From assembly GCF_001194135.2 (NCBI RefSeq), contig NC_068991.1, forward strand, positions 78,312,226 to 78,376,225: 64,000 nt of DNA, in the 5' to 3' direction. Each line of letters begins with the position of its first letter. The stretch's first letter is position 1. A program made the position numbers and the translations under genes. Of this stretch, positions 11,061 through 23,000 are shown piece after piece. This DNA is from Octopus bimaculoides. Its lineage: Eukaryota. The notes under the pieces were generated by a model. The model was not told where the DNA came from. It was given only the letters and a program-made list of their open reading frames with translations, and searched no databases.

Positions 11061-14000
11061 AAGACCCCTGTCATGAACGACCATGGAATTGCACCTAGAA
11101 AGTTCCCCTCTGAAGCACAAATCTGGGCATGGTTGTTTATGGAAGACCAGCAGTTGCCCATACACACCAGCCTCCCCTTTCTATGCCACTGATGTCCAAA
11201 GGAAATGCAAAGACCAATACAACTTGGCACCATATCTATCTATCTCGGTGGTGTGATTTTTGGGGAATCATAAGGATTCCATGACAAATAATTTTGTTAG
11301 GTGCTGCTGTTTTTGATGTGAACCTAAATAAAGAAAGAACAGATGACTACAGTCACAACAAAAGCCTACTTAATCAAGGCAGACTTGATGTTAAACAACG
11401 ACAACGGAAATATATAAAAGGCAACATAAAAAGAAAGCAACAAACTTACCATTGGAATCTGAAGAGCTACTTGGCAGATGGATCCATCAGTCGTACTGGG
11501 GCATACCATTAACTTACCAGCATAGTCTGGGTTGATTAAGTTACAGAAAATACTACAGGATTGATAAACACAGAGAGAGAGAGAGAAAGGAAAAAGAAGT
11601 AAAGCGAAACACAGAAGTCACCCTAATATTTCCATCTCTGAGCTGACATGGTGTCACATAACTTGCTAGAAATAGCAAACAAATCTGACTCATAAAAGGA
11701 CAAATACATTGAAAAAGTATTTATGCACCAGGTACACATTGTAAAGTGGTCGGTGTTGGGGAGGGCATCCAGTCATAAAAGCTGGACCAAAATAGATACT
11801 GGCATACAATGCAGTCCTCTGTCATGTTGAACCCTGTCCCACCATCCAATCTATGCCAACATGGAAGCTGGACATATGGTGGCAATGATGATGAATTCAA
11901 TAAATAACTTTCCTATTAATCTTGTGCTTCATACGAAATTCTTCATGTCACAGAAAACCTAGATGAAAATGTCCAACATGGATTCTACACACACACTCTC
12001 AGACTTTATATGCACTAATTTGAGATAGAAAAAACCCCCAGAAAACAAACTTGTTAGTCTTATTGATGCTTATATTAAAAAAAAAAAAGATAACGATCGA
12101 GCAGTGAAATACTTGCTTCAAAACTTCAAACGAAATGTTCAAATTTGCCGATTTATAGCATATAAAATATATTTTCCTAATAATATATTCATTGAAAAGG
12201 ATACTGAGAGAGCATTTATTAAAGAGTACATTGATTGGTGGAGAACTGAGACTACTCAAAATCAAAGTCTGTCGATAATATTTGTTCCTGGAAAAAAAAA
12301 AAGAAAGAAATAAAAGTTGGTCAATGATATTTGGATTTAGCAAACCGATGGCTGCTGCTGGACAATTTTCAACTGTTACCGACATTCTCTGTGCCTTTTA
12401 GCACTATATAGCTATGCAAAATGAATACCACACATGTGTGGTCGCCTATTCATGTAAAGCATACAGAATGCTAAATGTGTGTGTGTGTAACTCATTTCCT
12501 TGACATCCTGTGATGGGTGTAAACGAGTGTTACCATCATACAAGTGATGTTGTTAGCTTCCAATCTTTAGTGAAAAACCTTGTCTGGCCATGGAGAAATA
12601 TTCCTTTGCTTGACAATTAGAATGGTGAGGGGAAAGGCACCCAGCTGTAGAGAAGTCTCAACAAATTCCACAGGACCCATGCAAGCAGGAAAAAGTGGAT
12701 GTTAAAAAGAGGGTGATGATGAAATTTTAGGACTTAAGTTTGCACATTGCATGCTCATAATTCTTTCTATTTTAGGCACGAAGCCTGCAACACTAAGGGG
12801 ACAGTTGAGTAAATTAATGTTAGTACTCAGCTGATACTATTTTATCAAAGCCTGAAAGGATGTGGGGTGGGGTGGGGGAGAGAAAAAAAAAATCAATCAT
12901 GGCAAAATTTGAGTGCAGAACAAAGATGGACGAGATGTTGCTAAGCATTTTGACTGGTGTCCAAACAATTCTGCCAATTCACCGCCTTCATAGCACGCTC
13001 ATAATAAATATGGTAATACAGTTCTATATTTAAGAGATGAGGAATTATTTACATTATTTACATTTGACAGATATTTGTCCTCATCTTGTTTATTGTTAAC
13101 ACAACATTTTGGCTGATATACCTTCCAGCGTTCATCAGGTGGCTTGGGAAAATTTGGAACCTGGGTTCTCATTCCTAAGGTATTTTTTGATATTATTATT
13201 ATTATTCAGATCACTGCCTGGAGTGGGCATATGGCATAGTGGTTAAGAGTGCGGGCTACTCACCCCAAGATTCCGAGTTCGATTCCAGGCAGTGACCTGA
13301 ATAATAATAACATCGAAAAATACTTTAGGAATGAGAACCCAGGTTTGAAATTTCCCCAAGACACCTGATGAAGGCTGGAGGGTATATCAGCCGAAGCGGT
13401 GTGTTAATAACAAACAAGATGAAGACAAATATCCATCAAATGTAAATAATGTAAATAAATATGGTAAAAGAATGAAATAAGGAAACCTACCAACTGTTGA
13501 GAGCCCATGCTCTAACTCTGGAAAAATCACAGCCATGGGAATCTTTTGGTTGTAGATGTAAATGATCCATAATATACTGTCAAATATAAATAAAAAAATA
13601 TATATTTACATAATTTTAATGGTTTTAGTTATGGGCGGTGGCTGTGCTGGAGCATTTCTCCCTCAATAAATTTTTTTCTGTCCATCAAGTTGCCCGCATA
13701 GCTCAGTTGGTAGAGCACCAGACTTTTAATCTGAGGGTTACAGGCTCATGTCCCTCAACAGGCGTATATTCACTTTCCCCTTGAACCGGTGACACATAAA
13801 AGCATCCAGCTGTAGAAACCAAGCCAATATCAGGCTGGAGCTTGGTACAGCTCTCCAGCTTACCAGTTCCAGTCAAACTATCCAACCCATGCCAGCAAGG
13901 AAAGCAGACACTAAATGATGATGATGAGCATCAACCCTGTTCCTTATTTGTTTGGTATTTTCACTTTTTTCTTTTGAATATCTAAGTCACCTTCTGACAA

Positions 14001-17000
14001 AGTGATCCAATCCAATGCTCTCTCAAATGCAAACACACATACACACAGGCATAGCTGTACAGTTAAGAAGTATTCCAGGCATACTCTTGGGCAGAATCAA
14101 CATGGCACAGTGACAAGGCTGGACATTTGAATTACAATCCATCCAACAATTTCCATTTCCTCTAATTTCACCAATGAAGTGTGGATCAACCTGGGTCCAT
14201 GAGAAATGACACTAACCCAAGATGCCACGCATTGAGATTGAACTCTGTACCTTGTGATCGGTAAGTGAAAGCAAACCTCTTGCCAATTTGGCCATAGTGT
14301 GTTGAGGTACAACACCTACATCAGAGGCAGACAGTAAAAGGGAGAGTAAATCGCCCCTTCACCTGCAGAATAGGATGGTACAATGGGCAAGTGATAGCAA
14401 CCCCTTAGCCTCTTGTACCAGGGATATAAAGACGTCCACAGGCAAGACATTGGAACTGACAAGGAAGAGGACTCTTAGAATAAAGGGGACCCTTAGAGTA
14501 AAGGCTTAAAAGATTATTGCAGCCAAGGGAAAGATCTTTACCGACAGAAATGATGAGGCATCAACTAACAAATGAGCTGCTTCTGCTGCGGAGTAGCCTT
14601 ATTGCTGACCAGGCTTGTTACACTCTTGTACACCACTTGGTATTTGGTATGGAGGCCCAGAGAGGCAGTCTGGCGGTGGGGGGGTGACACCAACGGCCAT
14701 TACTGTCCAAGGAGTTTTGTTCCTGACCAGAACAATCAACATTGGCTTGTGATGAACAGCCACCGCTGCCAATGTCTGGGCGATAGACCAGTAATGCCTG
14801 TATTCCAAACAAGCATAGGGGTTGGATGGTTTGAAAGGATCTGACAACCCAGAGGTCTCCAGTGCCTTCTTTGGCAAGGTTTCTACAGCTAGATGACCTT
14901 CCTAATGCTGACCACTTTACAGACTGGACTGCATGCTGGATTTTTGAAAAATAAAATGAAATCAATATAAAAAAAATCTTACCAATATATGTTCCCAGTT
15001 TTGCATCAGGAATATATCAGTTTGGTCAAGGATTAATATTTCAATAGATGATAGAAAATCAAATTCTTTCTTTGATTGGCTACAAAGAGTAAAAAAATAA
15101 AAATCACAAATAATGAAAACAAAATCCTATTCTAAACAGTATTTTTTGGTTTTCGTTTCTTACAAATTAGCGCATCACAGTTCTAGATTTAAAAGAAACT
15201 TCTGAAGGACAAAATCACAATTGAAGAATGAGGCATATTGTATTAGGGCAGGGGTTTTCAAACTTTTTGACTTGCGGACCCCTTTATATTTCAGGCTTTA
15301 CCTTAGGGACCCTTATAAACGCTTATGAAATTTATACATAAATATTTGCTTAAAATAACATATTTTTACATTTATTTATTTAACAGTATTTAACAAATAG
15401 GTTCATTGTCAATTAAAAGATTTTGATTAAAAAAACATATATAAAATCAAATTGCCCATAAAAAGTATTTGCTGTCTACGGACCCCTTGTGGTCTGCGGA
15501 CCACAGTTTGAAAACCCCTGTATTAGGGAAGGCATCAGGATATTTGAACCAGATATGGTTCAGTTTAAATGCTAAAGGGTTGATATACAGCAAATCTTTA
15601 TGGCATAACAATTTCTGAAACAAACCCTGTATAAGAATGAACAAAATACATACGTTTCACCAATGACACTGCGCAGACCAAGAGGAGAACCAATAATAAT
15701 ATCAGAGGAGTAGAATTTGGTGTAAATCTGCAGTTTTTTTTGAGATATGCCTAAACCAATTTTGAAATGATCATCAATATTTCCTGCAAATGTTGCCGCA
15801 TAATCTTCTGAAAAAACAAAACCAAAAATATATTATGTAAGGCAAAGGCTTAGCCATGTGGTTAAGAAACTTACTTTGCAATCATGAGGTTTTAGGGTTC
15901 GATCCTTTTGCATAGCACCATGGATCACTTCAGTGCTAGGCTGTTAAGATTCTCTTGTGAGTGAATTTGGCAGATGGACTCTATGCGTGTCCTCACACCA
16001 CTCACCAGCTAGTGTTAGCTTGTTTGCATCCATGTCAATTGTTTAGCAAAAATAAGTAGTGGGGGGTCTATTTGTCAAACTAAACCGTTCAAGACGGTGC
16101 CCCAGCATGGCCACAGTTCAATGACTGAGACAAGTAAGAGAGAAAAGAGATAATAGTCTATATAAAAAAACAAAACAAAAAAAACTACATGCTGACATCA
16201 TTATAATAAAGGAATGACACATTGAATAGTATAGACATTTCTTAACAAGATAAGATGGTCACAAATGGAATGTCTTTGATGACAGCTCTGCTCAGCTGAG
16301 GCTGAACTGGGGGTTAAACAACAAACACTTTCTTTATGAAGAGAATCTTAAGAGATACTGAACAATAAGGAAAGCTTTATCTCAAAGCAGCAGAAAACAA
16401 TAATGGTAAAAGGATAATGGAACACGAACCTGGTTTATTAGAAAAGTTTTTAACATCTTGTGAAGAATATTCAGCAAAAAATCTCTTTTTATTGTCTGTC
16501 TGTGACTGAAAAGGAGAAGAAAAATAACTTCAATCAACAGCTTTTGTATTTTCGTTTTTGACCTTGTGGCTGTGTGGTTGAGAATCTTGCTTTCCAGCCA
16601 TGAGGTCCCAGGTTCAGTCTTACGGACCAAAGCCTTTTGAGTGGATTTGGTATATGGAAACTGAAAGCCTGCAATATGTGTGTGTATGAATTCTTGACAT
16701 TAAATGATGGGTGTAAGCAAGCATCACCATCCTACATGTGAAAACAAGTCCAAATCTGGGGAAACTTTGTCCTGCTTGGAAACAGGAAGAGCATCTGGCT
16801 GTAAAAAAATCTACCTGACCAATGCAAACAGGGAAAATTGGACATTGAACGAGGAGGATTCAAAAGATTTGGGGGTGAGTGGGGATTAAACAACCAAGTG
16901 ATTCTGGGGCCATAGGCAACGATTATGCTCAAATGGTGCCTTTTACGTGCCACAATCACAGAACCAATCAGGTGGCACTGGCATCGGCCATGCTTGAATG

Positions 17001-20000
17001 GTGCTTATGCCATGCAAAGGAAGCCCCTTGTAACAGTTGTCCTGTCCTGAGATGTGGAAACATCAAAGAAGTTCAGGAGGGCCCATTAGTCTTGCCAAAG
17101 ACATGACAAGCAAAAAAAAAAAAAAGAAAAGAAAAGCGAGAGCATGATGAACCCTATTACCAAATGTCTGGGACTGGTAGTAATGCAACTTAGAACTCAA
17201 ACCCATATGTCCTGTGCAAACCATGCCAGCATCAAAAACACAGGTAAAATGACAATGATGAAGGGCATCCAGCTGTAGAAACACTGCCAGATCAGACAGG
17301 GGCCTGGTGCAGCCTCCTGGCTTCCCAGACCCCAGTCGAACCGTCCAACCCATGCCAGCATGGAAAACGGACGTTAAATGATGATGATGATGTGACAATG
17401 AAATCGATTTTTACTGCTTTAAAAAAGACAAAAACAAGTCATGACCCCCAAATGCTGACCAAAAAAAAAAGGAACTTACTTTGTCACTTGTTAAGATTTT
17501 GATGAAGTTTGATATAATTCGGCGAGCTGTCTCACGAAACGGAACAATAATCAATACTTTGGGCCGAGTTATTCCTTGGTCAGGGTATTCCTCTGTTCCA
17601 TCTCGACAGGCTTTTTGTTTTAAATTATTAGCTGTTACTTTTAGTCGACTCCTACCAGGGAATGAAATTAATAATAATGATGATGATGATGACAACAATG
17701 ATGAATTATTTTGACATAATACAAGACTTGGCGTACTTTTGATAGCAAACTTCACATGCATAGGGATAGTCGGAGACCCCCATCGGTCATGACTGACCAT
17801 GGGATTGCACCAAGAAAGTTACCCTCCCATGCACAAGTCCAGACAAGGTTGTTTATGAAGACCAGCAGTCGCCCATGCATACCAGCCCCCCACCCTCCAC
17901 ACCACTGATGTTATCCAAGGGAAAGGCAAAGGCCAATACGGCTTGGCACCAGTGACATTGCAAATCATTTCTACAGATGAGTGAACTGAAGCAATGTGAA
18001 ATAAAATGTCTTGCTCAAGAACACACCACACAGCCCGGTACAGGATTCGAACTCCCAACCTCACGGTCGTAAGTTTGACACTCTAACCACTGAACCATGC
18101 GCCTTCACACAGGGGTAGTAAACACGAAGAAATTACATAAAACTGATCCACTCAAATGCTTAGAAGGTTCCCTCAAAGTAATCGATAGCTTTTGTCACGT
18201 AGTTGACCTAATTAGATGTGTGGATGTGGAAGCGTTCGACTAAAGGCAGTGCTCTAGCATGGCCAGTCAAATGACTGAAACCCGTAAAAGAATATATATT
18301 AATTTCTAGACACTGATGTATATAATGAAATATTTTGTATTAAATACTTACTTCAAAGTATGGTTTAAAACATGAAGACAGTACGCCATTTCAATAGGTT
18401 TTTGGTTTTTATAAGTTTTCTCTGAGTAATAAATATCCTATATAAAAGAAATTAGAAAAACAAGTTAATGTTCTGAAAATATAATGAAGAACAAATTACA
18501 AAAAGCCAGGGAGGGAAAATTTTATGAGGTCAATCTGCCAAAAAGACAACAAAAAACATCTATTAAATCATACCTCTATTATAATTAAAAAATGAAGGAC
18601 ACACATTGGATAATGTAGTCTTACAGGATTGGTCTAGAATGCAAACCATTAAAACGTACCAATTAAGGACACAGCAAACTGTGTCAATGAGAGCACTAGC
18701 AGGTTTTCATTCAAACTGCTAGAAACAACAGCCAAAACCTAGAGGGTGTCTTCATTCCATTTGTTTTTAAAAAAGCAGAAGTTACAAAATGATTTATTGG
18801 TATGGAAATGTCAACAAACACTATTGTCTGAAGCACAGAATGTAAACACACACACACACAACAGGCTTTGTACAGTTTCCACCTACCAAATTCCTTCTCA
18901 AGGTATTGGTTCTCCGGAGACTATAAAAGAAAATGCTAGCCCAAGGTGTCAAGCATTGGGACTAAACTTGAAATCAGAGTTTCACAGCAAACTTCTTAAC
19001 TAAACAGCCATGCTTGTATCTATCTACACACACACAGACATTAGCTTACTGTAATGTTATTTTATGAACTCATCAGCTTGATTAATGTAAATGAATATAA
19101 CAACTAAGGCAACAATAAAAACTTACTTGATAAGAATACATTCTGAGAAACAATTCAACTTGACTTGCAGAATAGACACCTTGGGGAAAAAAGAAAAAAG
19201 AAAAAAAAGGAACAATTTGTGGAGATTTCAAGTTAGCTGATAAAAATAATAAAGAAGCTTTACAAGAACACACAAAATGGATAAACTTTGGATATGGAAT
19301 TTCACCAAGTAAAGGAATCTAACAATTGCAATATTGACTGTAATTTTTGCTGGATGTTTATTGATAAGCCTTCAACATGTAGATTACTATAATCATGTGA
19401 AATAATTATTTATCAACATTGTTTTGAATTAAACATGTATTATGTTGTGGCTTTGAGATTTTGATGATCATCATCATCAACATTTAAGTCCGTTTTCCAT
19501 GCTGGCATGGGTTGGACGGTTCGACTGGGGTCTGGGAAGCCAAGAGGCTGCACCAGGCTCCAGTCTGATCTGGCAGTGTTTCTACAGCTGGATGCCCTTC
19601 CTAATGCCAACCACTCAGAGTGTAGTGGGTGATCTTTTACATGCCACCGGCACAGGGGCCAGGCATCGACGTGGTCATATAATTTTTGAACAACATTGTG
19701 AAGTAGGTGTGAGAGGTTGGATATGGCTGCTAAAAGGTTAAGAAAGCATGCACTATACAGTCTGACAAAATTATTTTAAGTACTGAAGTTTGTTAGGTGG
19801 GTAGGCTGAGAAATAAAGGGAAAAAACACAGAGTTACAATGAGAGAGAAAACAGCCAAATCTCCCTCAAACCATCACACTCTTCTATCTTTAAAACGAAA
19901 AAGGCAAACATCTGATAATGCAGTCCTAAATGTATAAAGAGATGAAATGGTCAGATATGGAATACTTAGGACCATAAGGACCCAATCGCTGACCCCTGCC

Positions 20001-23000
20001 TAAACAACAATTATTGTATTTACCTTTATATCAAGATACTGTGTATATCTACATATCTACATATGTATGCAATATATTGAACGATTAAGACACATTTAAA
20101 AATTACCTTTTTCATCATCAGTGACCAAAGACTTTAGATTTCCAAGTGGAATGCGCTTCTTTATCTGAAATGATATATGTTCACTATGTAGAGATTATAT
20201 CCTGAGAAAGAACCCTGTCGCACATGTACGTGTGTGTGTGTGTCTGTGTGTACCATGTCAAAGCAGACAGCAGAACTTGGGGTAGTCTTCTGAGTTGCCA
20301 GAGCCTGTAGAACCGTCCAACCGACGCCACTATTGAAAATGGAGGTTAAATGACAAGGCGTATGGAATTCTCTGACTTTGGTTGGTTTTTAAACAATGAG
20401 TTTTTGGTGATGTTTGCATGTATTCTAACATGAAAGCATGTCTGGGATTCTTGACATGTTGCTGATCTTCGTAACCAAAGCAACCTTTCATACAGAGTCC
20501 TCTGTTTCCTGTTCTTGGCATATATAAAAAAAAATCTGGCTGTCTGCTGTTCAATAGACTGGAAGATTATTGCCTGACTTGTTGGAAACCAGATAGGTTT
20601 AGCAACAGGAAGGGCTTCCAGATGAACAACCTCTGTTTCAAATGACTTGTGCCTGACCCATGCAAGCATGGTGAAGTAAATGTTAAAGCAATGATGATGA
20701 AACAGCCAGACAATTAGGTGTCTAAGTGAGACCAATGCTCCGTTTCCAGGGAAAGTAAATAATTATTTCATACACGTTTCTGTTAGTCTAATTTTGCTTT
20801 ATAAGTTTGATGGATATTTATTTGAGGCAGTGTGTGTGTGTGTGTGTACGTGTGCGCACACACACACAAGGTGCAAGAATAAAAAAGAAAAAAAAAGACA
20901 AGGTTAAAAAACAAACAAAAGAGTGTATTAGGTTTATCCTCCTCATCATTTAACACTCACTTTTTCATACTCGCCAGAGTCGGCTGAAGATTATTGAAGG
21001 CAGATTTCCCACAGCCAGATGCTCTTCCAGCCACCAACCTCCACTAGTTTTCAACCAAGGAAGTACTCTCCAATCACCAAAACACATTTGCACAGAATAT
21101 TGGATATGAATGTCACTGCTTGTATAACAACGATATCCTGTAACACCTATCATGTGATGCCAAGACAAAGAGATACAAAAGCACACATCACACACACGAT
21201 TGGCTTCTTTCAGTTTCCGTTTACCAAATCCACTCACAAGGCTTTGGCCAGCCCAGGTCTATAGTTGAAGACACTTGCCCAAATTGCCAGGCAGTAGGAC
21301 TGAATCTGGAATCATGTGGTTCGGAAGCAAGCTCTTTATCACACAGAGAGGCCTGTGCCTCCTCATCTCAGCATCATGAACAAGTATCATAAAAGTGGCA
21401 TTATTGGTTTCCAGTGTTCCATGAAAACATGTCCAGTTCTGAAGAAATATTAGTTTGCTTGGAAACAGAACAATTGAGGGTCGGTAACAGTAAAGGAATC
21501 TGACTATAAAAATCCTACCTCAATGAATTCCGTTTGATTCACATGAGCATGGAAAATGGACATTAAAACAATGATGATGAACCAGAATTAATTTAGACTT
21601 CAAATATATGTTTATGCTCAAACAACAATAAACAAACCAAAATTGCATTGTTTTTAAAAAAAGAATTAATGTGTGATAACACTTACATGTAGATCTTCAA
21701 ATGATACTTTGGAAGATTTTGGGACATTAGCCTTTAAATTATCACAATTCCAAACATGTAGACATTTCCCTATGTTAGTCTGAAATAGTTAAGAAACAAT
21801 AATACAAAATTCCACAAGGAGAAACAGAAATATTCACATTATATTACATAAATTATTTTTCACCATATGTTTACATTTACCATTCCCAACAAGATTCCCC
21901 AAACAAATTCAAATATGTCCATAGATAGAGAGACAGACAAATAAGTGATGCATGATGGGTAATGATTTTGATTTACTTGTGTATATTGTCATGATTGTAA
22001 AATATGACCTTTAAATTTTAAGAAACCCCTAACCCTTTTGGTATGAACCTGTTTGAGACTGCCCTTGGTTAATGATATAAATTTCTTGTTACACAGTAAT
22101 TTTAATTAAAATTCCCATCGATATGTTGTGTGAAGTTATGTTTCAAACACCAGGATAATAAATAGTAAAATTATTCTATTGAATTCAATATTTTCAAACT
22201 TAACAAAAGCACTGTATTTCAACAGAAATATGGAAACAAAAGGGTTAAAGAGTGGTTGTGCTTAACTTTGGTTTCACAGCGCCAAACAGGTAAGAGATGA
22301 ATCTATTCTGAACAGGATACCAATCTGTCCAGTCTATGATACAAGTCACTATAACATAGCCTGAACAGATCTACAAACGAATTCCAGTTATGATCATCAC
22401 ATCATATTTTTAGACATAATTCAACACATCATTCCATGATTTTCAGAATGAGATTTGGTTGCAATGTCTAGCCTGTCAAGTTGCTAAGTGGCCATAGAGC
22501 AACATAGTTTATTGCTGCAAACTGTGACAACATATAATTAAAAATAAAAAAGGGGTTAACTATAGGGGACCGGGAAAATTACGGAAACCACTGACACAAG
22601 AACTTGTAGCTAAGATATGTGCTCCATGGAAGATAGAAATAACTTAACATTACCTGTATAGTCTTTTTCTGCCAACCTTCACCAGCTTCTAATTTTTTAA
22701 CAGAGGACTCTGGTATTAACTGTTCAAAGTGAACAATAAATGGATCTAGAAAAAAAAAAAAAAAAAATTTTAATATCAAATCTTGTTTAAAATATTAGAT
22801 TACTATGTTATTTATTATTAATTTTTGGTCATCATTAGACTTTAGGTACATTTATTATTTACTGAAATACAAAGCTATGGAGCTAAGAAATCTGCTTCCC
22901 AACCACATGGTTTTGGGTTCAATCCCACCAAGTGGTACCATAGGAAAATTTCCTGTACTATAACCCTGGGCCAGCCAAAGGCTTCAGTGGATAGAATTTG

